Origin: Eledone cirrhosa
Taxonomy: Eukaryota
Direction of reading: 5' to 3'
NCBI GenBank assembly: GCA_964016885.1
Contig: OZ024743.1
Coordinates: 23,188,001 to 23,252,000 of the forward strand
DNA length: 64,000 nucleotides
Shown here: positions 12,500 through 25,817 of the stretch, one piece after another
Layout of the letters: each line of letters opens with the position of its first letter
Position numbering within the stretch: the stretch's first letter is position 1
Notes under the pieces: model-generated
Told to the model about the DNA's origin: nothing
Database searches by the model: none
Seen by the model: only the letters and a program-made list of their open reading frames with translations
Translations under genes and position numbers: made by a program

Positions 12500-12790
12500 A
12501 AGTAAACATAAGTAATGAAACAAATGGCACAGTACATTGAAGAAATATATTAGTTTAACGCTTGAAATAACAGGAAGAGAGTCTTTGTTTCAGACACTAG
12601 TCCTTCTTCAGAAGATAGTTAGAAATAGAAGACAAATAGAAAGTAAAAGGAAGGAACAGGGAAAAATGAGGGGGAAAAATGGGGGAGAAAAAAAACACAC
12701 GTGTGTATTCAGTCTGCCATCTTGCGGAGTGTCTGGTCAAGTGATATCTTCCGGGTTAGAGAGGTTTAGATATGAAATTTCATATTTATA
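12500..12790 (-). mobile_element. Probable PLE terminal-repeat remnant with broken hammerhead (12582-12615)
   Basis: Minus strand: TCTT CTGAAGA A GGAC-TAGT-GTCT GAAA CA AAGA (stem III apparently deleted); upstream CCGGAAG and CAAGATGGC motifs. Confidence 0.45.
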
Positions 12791-13083
12791 TGTGTGTGTG
12801 AGAGAGAGATATTGATGGATGTGAGAATATTTCATTTAGAAATAAATTCTACATGGTTAGAACTGTTTCATTCATTTGGAATCATTGAAATAATCAAGAA
12901 TTTCCATTTGGACATTCACACAGATTTTAAATGGATTGAACAATTCTAGTTCTGTATAAGCCATTTCTTTATGAAATAAATATATACCTTCTTTACTAAT
13001 GTATTTAGTATCGTATTTAACTGTCTTCCTTCCAATTTTCTCCAGAAAACTGTTTCAAATCATATATATATATATATATATAT

Positions 13084-13196
13084 AGTATTCCGATGATTTG
13101 ATCAGAGACACACACTGTATTTAAGGTCGAGTGACTCAATTTCGAGTGATTAGCAGCCTTTAGACTCACCTGATCAATGAAGCAATTGTTAATACT
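13084..13196 (+). ncRNA. Type I hammerhead with long stem II and two core substitutions, in a ~170-bp insert within (TA)n
   Basis: AGTATT CCGATGA T TTGATCAG...CTGATCAA T GAAG CAATTG TT AATACT, followed by AATAAA. Confidence 0.75.
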
Positions 13197-13714
13197 GTAA
13201 ATAAAACCCTTTTTGTACAGCCGACCATGTTATTCTTCACTCTTTCACGTCTATATATATATATATATAATTATATATATTGTTATACATACTGTTTGAT
13301 GAAAACCCCAATCTGTGTTGCTTTGTCCTTGTAATGTACCTAATGTCTTGGGCCTTTGTAATTAATAAAAGGAATCATTATATATTATATATGAATCTGG
13401 ACTTATTAGACTAAAACATGGGCAGTTGTGATTTTATGCTTTTACCAAAGGCATTAACAATGTTGGTAAAGCAAGGGCTTTAACAGGAGATCAAAGCTGG
13501 GTCATGGGTTTGGTATGTTGAAAAGTTCTCACTGCATCACAAAGACATGAATTATCAAGTTTATTGGCAAGAGGAATTCAGAAATTGTAAGGTTCATGAC
13601 TTTCCCAAAGGTATTAGCAATATAATTGAAGCAATTCTAACAAAGAAGAGAATATCAAATGAAACCTTTGACACCACACCACATCTTGTTTATCATTATT
13701 ATCATTATCATCAC

Positions 13715-13747
<33 letters not shown>

Positions 13748-13789
13748 TTATATATGACATTATTATTATTATTGCTATTATTATTCTCG

Positions 13790-14600
13790 TGTTCTATAGA
13801 GGATTAGTGATGGACAAGTGCGATGACGCATTCAGAGAGGCTCTGGGCATTGACAAAGTCAAACTGACCAGTCTGTTCTAGAGGACTTTTCAGCCGGAGG
13901 CGATGGATAAATTTCAGAAATCCCTCATTTGGCAGTGCTACCGGGGGGCACCACCAATTCGAGATAAACTCTACAGACCTGAAAGTGCTGTCAGACAAAT
14001 CTTCCCAAGATGCACACAGAACAACAAAAACATTCTACATGCACTCATCCAGTGTCCGTGCATTATTGACTTGTTGAGTTATGTCAAACAGCTGTTGTCA
14101 TGTGTAAGATAGATCCGGCTATCAACCAAGTCCATAGTGAAGATTTCCCCATCACCTTCTTTTAGCTAGGAAGGGCAAGCAGATTTTCTCTATCTGGTGG
14201 CAGTAGCGAAAGAGGTTGTATGGTGGACCAAGTTGAAAGGACTGAAGACAAACATTTTTCTCTTTGGTCAATCCCTCATCGACTTGTTCAAGATTCACTT
14301 GGAAAAGAAAGTGAGAGTGGAGAGAGAAATGCTGCCCCCCAGTACATTTGCTAAAAGGTGGGGAATGCGGCGAGAATGGCCTGTGGGCATGAGCCTACTC
14401 TGAGCAGGCTCCTGTAGGCTAGTTAATTTGAGGGGGAGAGGGGTGCCCTCGAAGTGTCAAGTGGTTCCAGATTGGTGGGGTACCCGAGTCGCCCCTGAGT
14501 GGTTGTCCCTCCATTGGGGAATTTGTATTCTTGTAATTTTTATTAATTATTTTTGTTAATTTGTTTTTACTCAATGTTTTTCTGTAAAACCCCACTAAGC
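13790..14600 (+). mobile_element. L1/Tx1-like LINE 3' remnant (zf-RVT region)
   Basis: LIWQCYRGAPPIRDKL...FPRC...ILHALIQC resembles the L1/Tx1 ORF2 C-terminal zinc finger; continues AVAKEVVWW...FAKRW. Confidence 0.7.
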
Positions 14601-14849
14601 CCCATCTATTGTATTGTCGACTACATGTAGGTCTTCACTTTCTGAATTCAAATCCCACTAAGATCAACTTTGTCTTTCATCCTTCCATGGTCAATAAAAT
14701 AAAGCAACAGTCAAGTACTGGGATCAATATAATAGATTTCCCTTCTGCCCAAAATTGCTGGCTTGGTGCTTAAACTAGAAATCATTATTATTATTTATAG
14801 TATATAAAGACAAAGCAAGTTTGTATATGAAACAGCGAGCGAGGTTTGA

Positions 14850-15052
14850 AATAAAGTAGAAATATAAGCTTATGCCATATTTTAACTAACAATGTTAGCC
14901 TGATAATGTTTTTTTTTAAAACTCTCTGAATAGAAAAAGGATGACTATTGACAATACTCATCCTTTTTCCATTCAGAGGGTTTTAAAAATCCCCACTATC
15001 AGACTAACTTTGTTAGTCAAAATATGGCATAAGCTTATATTTCTACTTTATT
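14850..15052. mobile_element. Foldback/palindromic MITE-like element
   Basis: About 100-bp arms with a few mismatches around centre 14951; first 32 bp of the arms match perfectly. Confidence 0.8.
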
Positions 15053-15289
15053 ATTATTATTGTTGTTTTTAAATTCTAATTATATTGTTCATTCTTTCAG
15101 TATCAATAACATTAACCCATGCTAGCGTGGAAAGTGGACGTTAAACGAGGATGATGATGATGATAATACCACAGAAGTACTGAGGTTGATTTAGTCAAGT
15201 ATTCCCTCACCTCACTTATGACAATTTCAAAATTTCTAACATAAACACAAAGTCACATATGTAGAGCAAACAGTTCATTGGGTTTAATG

Positions 15290-16450
15290 AATATGTACTT
15301 GATTGGTATTTGTTTATTAAACCCAACAATATCAAAGATAAAGTCAATTTTGGCAAGATTTGAACTCACAATATGTTGTAAGGCATTTTGTTTGATACTA
15401 ATGACTCCGTTACTCAATAATAATAATGTGTCTATTTTAGGCACAAGGCCAGCAATTTGAAGGGAAGGCGAAAGTCGATTAAATCGACCCCAGTGCATTA
15501 CTGGTGCTTTATTTTATCGACCCTGTAAGAATGAAAGGTAAAGCTAACATTGGTGGGATTTGAACTCAGAACGCAAAGGGCCATAACTCTGTGCTCCAAA
15601 GCATGGTGTCCGACACTCTACCGATACTGCCAAAGGTACAAGAAGTAGTCAATTAAACAGACCCCAGTTCTTCATTGGTACTTTATTGTATCAATGCCAG
15701 TGGGATAAAAAGTAAATTTAACCTTGGTGGGATTTGAACTGAGGATGTAAAGAGCTGGAACAACTACCACAAGGTATTTTATCTGATGCTGTAATTATTC
15801 TGAGAATGCAGCACCCTTTTCAATAATAATTCTTTCTAGCATTGGCACAAGGCTAGCAATTTGAGGTAAAGGAGAAGTTGATTAAATTGACCCTAGTACT
15901 TAGCTGGTACTTTATTTTATTGACCTCAGAAAGATGAAAGGGAAAATTGAATTCATTTGAAGTCATAACTAAATTCTATAAAGTATTTTGTCTGATGTAC
16001 TATTGATACTGCGAATCCATTTATTTGCAACTTTGGCACAAGGATACAAATTTTGTGAGAATATTCAATTGATAAGATTCATAAAATACAAAATTTTATT
16101 CCTTGTATTTTGCTAGTAAAGATCATCTATTTCTATAGTCCTTAGTGCCTATATTTATTCACTGTGATTCATTATATCAACCTTAGTATATGGCTGGTAT
16201 TTATTTTATCAACTCTGAAATGATGGTAGACAAAATCAAGCTAAGCGGGATGTATTATAAATTCAGAATGCAAACAAATGCTCCAAAATATCACAAAATA
16301 TTTTGTCTGACATTCTATCATGTTTACTAGTTGACTACATTAATGGCTAAAACAAAAAGACTATTACTACCTGAGACACAATGCCACAGATTTTGTGTGA
16401 AGAGTGCAGTCAATATAATCTACATCAGTACTTTATTAGGACTGTTTTAT
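15290..16450 (-). mobile_element. Cluster of tandem SINE family A copies (best copy 15420-15632)
   Basis: Repeated GGCACAAGG..ATTTTATCGACCC..GATTTGAACTCAG motifs in the same orientation. Confidence 0.8.
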
Positions 16451-17059
16451 TGATAATTTAATGTATCCTACTAGTCAGCCATAATAATATGCCATGTATG
16501 TTTGCAAAAGCATGTTACTCCTACCATTTTTGTAGGGTGTAGATGCTCATAATTTTCTGACAACAAATGAGAAAATTTTCTAACAACAATTTTTGAAGCT
16601 GCAAACCCACATACCCCAGAAATATGCTACTGTGTGTTTGTATATTTGTATATATACCCATATGTAACTCTTTAACATCTATATGCACTAACATAAACAC
16701 ACATACTTACAATGCATTCTTATATCTGTCATGCTGTTACAATAAAAAGTTCATTTTCCAATTGCAAAGTCCTAGTTATTTTTCCAAAGTTTCTCATACA
16801 TTTAATCATGTATGTCATTTGAATATACACACTGAACATTTGTGTTATTATATTCTAGAAATAGATTATTAAAATATCATTTTTATCTTTAATCACTTTC
16901 ATGTTTTAATAAGCATTATAAACTATAGGGTTTCTCTTAAGTAATCCATCAATTTATCAAAATGCACATTTTTCAGTTTGTATGTATGTTCATATGTACA
17001 GTAATCCTGATATATATATAGCATACTAATCCTGGACTCCAAAAATTAGATACAATTCT

Positions 17060-17315
17060 TGTACTTAATCCAGCCTTATCTTCCATCAGTTGTGAACATG
17101 GCCCTGGGATACTTGAACTTCTTTACTTGCTTCAGTGGAACTCCATTAATATGTAGAGTGCACTGCACAGACTTCTTTGAGAGGACGTGTGTCTCAGTTT
17201 TCACAGCACTGATTTCCATTCCAGCCATGCAGCACTCGGCATCAAACCTATCAAATGCAAGTCAGAAATCCTCTTCTGTCGAGTTAAGTAACACCATGTT
17301 GTCTGCAAATTCCAT
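17060..17315 (-). mobile_element. LINE reverse-transcriptase fragment (RTE-like), decayed
   Basis: Minus strand reads FADNMVLL...GMEISAVKTETHVL...LKQVKKFKYP. Confidence 0.75.
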
Positions 17316-18189
17316 ATATAATGGGAGGGTCATGCTGCCAATAAAAACATGTGCGCTAGTTGAGTTTTACTTCAATTTTATTATTAGTTTGGTATAAGCC
17401 ATTTCTGAGTTAGTTTAGTAACTGGATGGTTATTTAATTGTCAAAGCTCTTTCATCACACATACTGTGACCTAATCAATTCTTGCTCCTCTGTCTTGCTT
17501 CTTCATTTTGATTTGAATTTATTTACTCCATCTTGTCTTACTGCATTGTATATGTGGCATGTCATATGAGTGTGTGCCTGTGTGTTTGTATATGTACATG
17601 TTATTTTTTATCTGCATATTTGGTGCATTAGTATTTGTATATGTTTAGGTAAATTTCTACCAAATTTATATATATATATATTAGCATTACTAGTAGTGAC
17701 ATGATCACGGCTTAAAACACCCATAGTGAGACAGGCTCATTATACATAAACATATCATATATGCCTTCACATACACCTCTCACTTTCCTCTCTCTCTATA
17801 TATATATACATACATACATATATATGTTAAATGATGATGATGATATATATATCATCATCATTTAACGTCCATTTTCCATGCTTACATGGGTTAGATGGCT
17901 TGTCCAGGTCATGAGACAAGTCTGGCCAGAATTTGCTGCTCCATACCTTGCTCAGACAGAACTGTAAATTTGGACGTGACTTTTACAACTGGATGCCCTT
18001 CCTAACACCAACAACATTTATAGTGTGGAACTGGATGGGACTGTTATGAGGAGGGACAGGCCAATTGGCCATGCTAAATTCTTCTCACAGCAGAGCCATA
18101 GTTTGGGAGCCACAGTCACATTGTGGAACTTGATGGCACTGCTATGAGCAGGGACAGGCTGTTGGCCATGCCAAACATACATATATACA

Positions 18190-19090
18190 TAGGAATTTCT
18201 GTATGCTGATGACTTGGTTCTTATTGATAGATCTGCAGTAGAGCTAGTAAAGAAATCCCTGCTGTGGAAACAACTCAGAATCAACAGTAGATTTAGCTAA
18301 GTTTCAGTAAGTAAGAAAGGAGACATGACTCTAGTTCCATCAAAGACATGGCCATGTTCAGTATGTTTGAAAAGAAGAGGAGTGAACTCTATAGAATATA
18401 CACAAGGTAAAACATGGGTATATAAGAGATATAGTGGTATTGTAGGCTGACTAACAGAAAATGTAGACTTATGCTCCATATAATTATTGATAGCTTCTGT
18501 TTCCTAGGTGACTGAATTAGCAGTAGAAGAGGATGCTCTGAAAGTATAGTAGCTAGAATAAGAACAGGATGTATAAGGTTCAGTGAACTACTGATTCTGT
18601 TGATCTACTGATTCTGTTGACAACAAAAGATTTCTCTCTTCAAACAAAAGGTTGCCTGTATAAGACCTGTATGCAAAGTGCAGTGTTGCATGAAAGTGAA
18701 ACATGGGCAATAAATGCAGAAGATATGTAAAGAGGAGAGAAATGAAGCGAGCATGCGTTGATCAATGTGATGTTAATATGCATAATGGCAAAGCATGGTG
18801 GGGTTAAGAGAAAAACTGGGTATAAGAGGAATCAAATGTGGTATGCTAGAGAGAAGTGTGTGCAAGTATGAACTTGTGATGCATATGGATGATGATTATT
18901 GGGTAAAGATGTACCAGGAATTCTCAGTGGAAGAAAGTTGCAGTAGTGAGCAGAAGTGATGCAAGCAAATCTCCAAATGTTGAACCTATTAGAAGGCACA
19001 CAGTAGGTGGAGGACAGCTGTGCTGGAAAAGATCTGTCCAACCTATGCAAGCATGGAAAAGTGGACATAAAAGGATGAGATGATGATGCA
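18190..19090 (+). mobile_element. Decayed RTE LINE 3' part (same family as 30855-33565)
   Basis: EFLYADDLVLI motif; 3' end GCAAGCATGGAAAAGTGGACATAAAAGGATG..GATGATG. Confidence 0.85.
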
Positions 19091-19124
19091 CACAAACAAA
19101 CATACATAAAATATATACATACAT

Positions 19125-20870
19125 ATGGAGCAAGATGGAAAGTGACATGGTGATTGAATGATAGAGCCATAAAACAAAAATACATGCCTTGAAAGACAGG
19201 AAAAAAAGGGGTTAACACTGATCAAAACTAAATAGCTCAAAGAAAGACTAGGAAACATGTAAACTTAGCAAGAAGAAAAGAAGCTTGCACATATTCTATG
19301 TCATGTGGTTTAGAGTTATAAGGTATTACAGGTTATGTGATTGTTAATGTAAATTGGGACATGGTTGGGGAAAAGTGTATTCAAAATGATAGTAGAGCAC
19401 CTGCCTTGATTGATGGCAAAAAAATGAGGCATGGAAGTCCTATTAGGATAAAATGCTGCCTGAAGTGAATAAATGGGATAGTGTGGGCCTACACCATGTA
19501 TACCCAAATGAGGGACCAGACATAAAAGTTGATAGCAGTGTAATAAACAAATCGATTAAGGATGTGAAGATAGGGAAGGCAGCTTGACCATCTAGCATAG
19601 TAGATAAGATGCTAAAAACATCCTGCATCATAGGCTACTAGCTAAACAGATTCATAACTAATTAGTACAGGCATCATTATAAACTGCTACAAGGGCAAAG
19701 GAGACACACTACAGGTAACAGCAGAAGTTTCAAGTTGATGAACCAGGTTATGAAGGTTACAGCACAACTAATTAGAGACGGAATCAAGCTAAATGAGATG
19801 CACTTCAGTGCTTTGCCAGATAGGGCTACTAGTGATGGCTTTTTCATTGTAAGAAAACTGTAGAAGTACATATTTAAGAGTAAGCTTCTGTACCTAGCAT
19901 TCATTGATCTCTAGATCAAGTCTTTGGACAGGGTGCCCTTCTCTGTATTCTGGTGGTTGCTTAGTAAGTTAGATGTAGACAAATATCTTGTGAGGGCTAT
20001 ACAAGCCAAGTACAGAGGTACAGCCAGTAAGGCAAGAGATGGCAATGAGTATAGTGACGAATTTGAAGTGTAGGTGGTGGCCCAGTCATCAATCCACTTC
20101 TGTTTATCATTGTTTATCAAGCCATAACAGAGACCTTTAAGACTGTTTTCCCATGGGAGCTCCTTTATGCTGTCCTTATAGCTGAATCTATAGAAGAGTT
20201 ACAGGCGAAAGAATAATCTAGAATCAAAAGGACGAAAAAGAAACTTAACAAAAATTAAAGTTTTAAGGAAAGAAAACAGAACTCTGATATCATCTAAGAA
20301 ATTACCTTGATCAATTTGTTGAACAAGAAGTGGACAGAAACTTATTGAGATGCACACAGTGTAATCTATGGACTCACAAGCAATGTAGTTGAATTATAGG
20401 AAAATTAACAGAGATCAATTTTGTATGCAGTGGGTATAAGGGAAAAGTAACTGCTAAAACCACATGCAAACTAGATTTCCTTAACTGCCCAGAAGACTCA
20501 CTAGATTCTGTGGACAAAATTGTTAATTTGATGACCTAATCAGCAGAAGGAGAAGTTTTTCTGAAAGTGTAGTGACCCAATGAAGAATAAGATGGGAGAC
20601 ATCCAGATAGCTAGTACCACTGCTAACAACTAAGGTCTTTTCTCCTGAAAGGAATAGTAGACTGTATGATGCCTGCATGTGAACTGCAATACTACATGGC
20701 AGCAAGACATGGGCTTTAGGTTAAGAAGATCTGTGAAAGATAGAATGAAATGAAGCTGGTATGCTCCAGTGGATGCTTAATATTAGTGGCATTAACATGT
20801 CAGCTTAAGAAAACCTAAGTATAAGAAGAATCCAATGTAATGTGCAAAACAAAATCTGTGTTTGTTTAAA
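19125..20870 (+). mobile_element. Decayed RTE LINE internal part
   Basis: Co-linear with the intact copy: VTWW, EGP, NCYKGKG, LYLAFID, PWELLYA motifs; many stops. Confidence 0.85.
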
Positions 20871-21279
20871 CATGTGTTTGGACATCCATTTTCCCTGCTA
20901 GCAAGTGTAAGATAGGTCATCACAGACCAAGTTAGTATTCAAGTGGAGCTACTGACTTCACAGATACATATATTGCTGCACCCTACTGAGTGCTGAGATG
21001 GACTTGGGGGCCCACATCTTGCTTACATACATTCTACACTCTACTGAGTGCATTTTATCATGGCACCAGTACAAGGAAGGCTGCTATCTTTTCTACATAT
21101 CTGACAGTCCTCCTCACACTTTATTTGGCAGATTTTTATGGCTGGATTCTCAATCACCAACCACATTATAAATGGCACTGGCTGTACTAAGAAGAGTGTC
21201 ATGTCTTTAACACAAGTGAAGAATTCTCTTAACTCCTTGTTTGGCAGGTTATATATATAGTTGTGAAGTGTTAGTGCTA

Positions 21280-21476
21280 GTGCCATGATAAAATGCACTC
21301 AGCTCATGCCGTAAATTGATTGGCATTTGGAAGGGCATCCGACCATAGGAATCCTGGCATAATGGAATGTATGAGCAAGATGTGGTCATTTGACTTGTCT
21401 GTCTCAGAATATGACAAATTCTTTAATCCATGAAAAACGTAATCCATGGAAAACGTAGACATTAAATGGTGATGAT
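21280..21476 (+). mobile_element. SINE-like family C with RTE-derived 3' tail
   Basis: GGAAGGGCATCC body motif and CCATGGAAAACGTAGACATTAAATGGTGATGAT tail; related copies at about 17850-18020, 26430-26800, 27775-27940, 37900-38165, 51120-51365. Confidence 0.6.
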
Positions 21477-21506
21477 ATATATATGTGTGTGTGTGTGTGT
21501 GTGTTT

Positions 21507-21820
21507 GCCGTAGTTGTTAATGTGTCAGACTTACAATTGTAAGGTTGTAAATTTGATTCTCAGACCAGGCTTTGTATTGTGTTCTTGAGCAAGACACTTT
21601 ATTTTACATTGCTCCAGTTCATTCAGCTTTAGAAATGAGTTGTGACATCACTGTTGCCAAGCTGTATCCGCCTTTGCCTTTCCCTTGGACAACATCGGTG
21701 GCATGGAGAGGGAAGGGTGGTATGCACGGATGACTGCTGGTCTTCCACAAACATCCTTACCTAGACCTGTGCCTCGGAGGGGAACTTTCTAAGTTCAAAT
21801 CCCATGGGGGTCTTCATCTT
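21507..21820 (+). mobile_element. SINE family B
   Basis: GTGTTCTTGAGCAAGACACTTTATTTTACATTGCTCCAGT core. Confidence 0.7.
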
Positions 21821-24000
21821 TATATATATACAAGTATATGTATGTATAGGCTAAACCAGCATGACACAATGTGTGAAAAAATCTTAGTTCTTGAATTAAA
21901 GGTACCATATTTCCGTTAGGTTTACATTCGGTTTCTGTTTATCCCATTTCACTCAAGGTTTGCACTGACTTGAGGTAATGGTTAACCACACTTTCTGAAC
22001 TTGGTCCATAATGGAATATAACCCAGAGCCTAATTATCACAAAGCAAGCCTTACACATATATACTCACATTTATGTGTGTATATATTTAGGTATATTCAT
22101 ATATATATATATTAATATATGTATGAGAGTGTGTGTTCAAATGTATACATGCGTGCACATGTGTGTATGTGTCTGCATATTTACATGTATGTAATTCTAA
22201 GATGAGCCACATTAATATGACCAACACGGAGTCTAGACTGAGCACATTTTTCATAAGAATAGAAACACAACTCAGGAAAAAAAATGTAATTAATTTCACT
22301 CATTTAAAAAAATATAAACACGTAACACTCATTATAATATAGATTTTGCTTTGTTTTGTTTTTAATTTATTTTATTTTGAATCAGATTTTTATTTTGTTT
22401 GTTTTTCACCTATCACAAAAACCCAATGTTCTCACGGTTGGCAGAAATGTTTATGCTGTAACATGTATGGCTTTCCTAAGGATATTTACAGATTAAGTGA
22501 AAATCAATTGGTTTCAACCAAGAATCGAAATTGCTTTGCAGACTCAGCCTTTAGGTTGTTTACTTGCTCTACACTACCACATTAAATAATTATATTAATG
22601 ATTGATTTGCAATATTAGTACAAGGCTAAAATTGCTTTGATGCTGGTGGTGAGTACATTTCAAGAAATCAACTGCTATATATTACTGGTGCTTATTTTAT
22701 CAATGCCAGAGGAATTAAGAGGAAAGTCAGTCTATTAACTAAGGAACAATGCCACATATTTGTAGAGCAGGGGTAGACTTGATTAAATAATCTGCTCTAG
22801 TACTACACAGGTACTTATTTTATCAACTCTTAAAGGATGGAGGGCATAGTTGAACCTATGAGGTATGTTTGCCAACACTCTATCAGTTCTGTCATCCACA
22901 CACCTCTCTTCCATTTATCCTAAATAATTGTTTCTAACAGAAATTTGGAGGAAGGTGTGAGTCAATTAAATTGACCTCAATTCTTGTCTAATCATTTCAT
23001 TGACCTTTGAGGGATTTGAACAAACTCTGCAAGGTACTGTTCCTGAGGCTCTATCAATTCTGCCAAACCAATAACTTGTTAATACAAGTTAATGCATCAA
23101 TATTTCTTGATGTAGCATTTTTACATCATGAACATTGACTGCATTAAACTTGAATTTGTCGGTATATAATTTGCATACCAAAATAAATAATAACTAAAAG
23201 GATTTTTATCTTTTTTCTTTGTTTTATTGCTTGATTTTTGTTTGTTGATTTGTTTGTATGTTTTGTTAAATATGGACTGTAAGATTTAGAGGAATAACAA
23301 CTCCCATCCACTAAATTAGTATGTTACTTCAATCACTAGAAACTGATGACTGCAACAATCCACTTATAAAATAATTTCTAAAAAATGTTGGTGGATAGAC
23401 ATTGACAATATAGTTAGAGAGCCTTTCTATTTTTGGTCTCATCCTTCAGTTTTGTGAGTTCAAATCTCACCAAATTTGCAACAGGGCTTGTGCCAATGTA
23501 AGAAATCAAAAACATGTTGAACCAAGAGAGCTTGCTAAAAATATTCAAATCTTCTTCAAATTACACTCTACTGCAATCATAAAACATTAGATAATGTAGT
23601 CATATATATATAATATTTCTGAATGAAAGACGAGGTTGTCATGGTTGGATCACAGGTCTACTTGATCAGAGCTGATGTGGGACTAAACAGCATTATTCAG
23701 AAATAATATAAATAGATATGACTCCTAATGTCAAGAAGAATTAAATGTTTTGTCAATGGATATAGTTAGTAGATAAACAACCCATGAACCACAAAACATT
23801 ATGCTACTCCTTCATGTTGATAATGATATGCAGTAAAATATGCAATCTGAGGAAACTTGTGGTAGACTGCAGTGGCAAACAATCCTTAGGAGACTTCATA
23901 GAAAAGTTCACTTAAGAGTTGATTTGCTGTGAGGTGTGGATCAGTCAAATGTTAACTAAAGTATATTTTTAAAAGGAAAATGCAAATCTTTTCAGGAAAA

Positions 24001-24043
<43 letters not shown>

Positions 24044-24930
24044 CTCAGATACAAGAATGGTAGGAGGGAGGGAGAATTGTATCCTTAAACTAGAGATCTG
24101 ACCAAAATGCTTGCAAAAGAGTAGACTCTGCTAAGGATATCCAAAGAACAATGGTGGTTTGAAACAGATGACCAATTAAGTCTACCATCTAAGTAGGCCA
24201 AGATAGGATTTGAACTCAGAATGCAAAGAACCAGAACAAATACTGCAAGGCTTCTTATCTGATGCTCTAACAACTTTGCAAATCCACTCGCCTAGATTGG
24301 TACTCTATTTTTTAACTCTGAAATGATGAAAGGCAAAACAGGCCTCAATGAGATTTGAACTTAGAATAAATACTGCTAAGCTGAATACTGTAAGATAATG
24401 GAATCAGTATATTATAAGTGTTTACTTTATTGGGCCTAGTAGCTGGAAAACCAAAGTGAACCAAATCATTTGAAGTTTGTAATGGGAGGAACAAAACTAA
24501 ATACTGTAATGCACTAAATACAGCACTCGCTCTACAGTTTCTGCCAACCCATGGCCTTTATATTAATAATAATACATTCTGGAATAAAAGCCAGAGAAAA
24601 ATGGGTTGTGGAGAGGTATAGTCAATCAAATTGAAAAACAATAGTATATGCCTAAGAGGGATGACAGGCAAATTTGACAAGAAGAAAAAGATTTATTTCC
24701 GACATTGGTATGAATCCTCAATTTGATGGGGCAAACTGTAAGGCATTCCTGCCTTTTATGCTAGATAATTTAACAGTGTGAGTAAAATAATTTCAAAAAG
24801 GAAATCATGTTGTGAATTGTTATTGCAGAAAACATACTAACGAATGACAGTATCTGCCACAATAAATAGTTGCTTACATTTTCAAATAACGGATTATTAT
24901 CACACATACAACAAGAAAAATGAAAGTCTT

Positions 24931-24959
<29 letters not shown>

Positions 24960-24965
<6 letters not shown>

Positions 24966-25336
24966 TTCTTAAACTGGCACAAATTTGAGGGGAGGGACCA
25001 GTCAATTACATAGATTCTAGTACTTGACTGATACTTTATTTTATTGACCACGGAAGGACGAAAGGCAAAGCTGACCTTGACAGGATTTCAACATAGCATG
25101 TAAAGTGCTGGATCAAATACCACAAGGCATTTTGTCTGACTTTAAGGATTCTGCCAATCCACTGCCCTAATAAAAATAAATTAGTAGGGAAGGGATTTCA
25201 TCAACTGCATTGATCCTAGTATGTAACTGGTATTTATTTTATCAACCCAAGAAAATTGGTACTCAGATAGTAAAAGAATAACGAAATACTGCTGTGTAGG
25301 GTGTTTGCTACTAACAACAACAACAAAAATAATAAC

Positions 25337-25369
<33 letters not shown>

Positions 25370-25785
25370 TGTTTCTACTTTAGGCACAAGGCCAGCAATT
25401 ACCCAGTGCATTACTGGTACTTTATTTTATCGACCCCATAAGGATGAAAGGCAAAGTCAACCTCGGTGGGATTTGAACTCAGATCGTAAAGGGACATAAC
25501 TATGCTGGAAAGCATGGCGTCCAACCCTCTACCGATACTGCCAATCCACCAATAATAATAATAATAATAAATAACAGCAACAATAATTTCTAACAGGCTC
25601 AAGGCAAAAATTTAAAGGGAAGGGTTAGTTGATTAAGTCAATCCAGTAATTGATTAATACTTTGTTTTATCAACCCTGGAAAGATGAAAGGCCAAGTATA
25701 TCTTGGCCAAATTTCAACATAAAACATAAATAACTGAAACAAATACCACAAGGCATTTTGTCTGTTGTTCTAATGATTCTGTTAA

Positions 25786-25790
<5 letters not shown>
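24960..25790 (-). mobile_element. Tandem SINE family A cluster separated by (AAT)n (best copy 25368-25550)
   Basis: Repeated family A motifs; (AAT)n tracts at the junctions. Confidence 0.85.
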
Positions 25791-25817
<27 letters not shown>

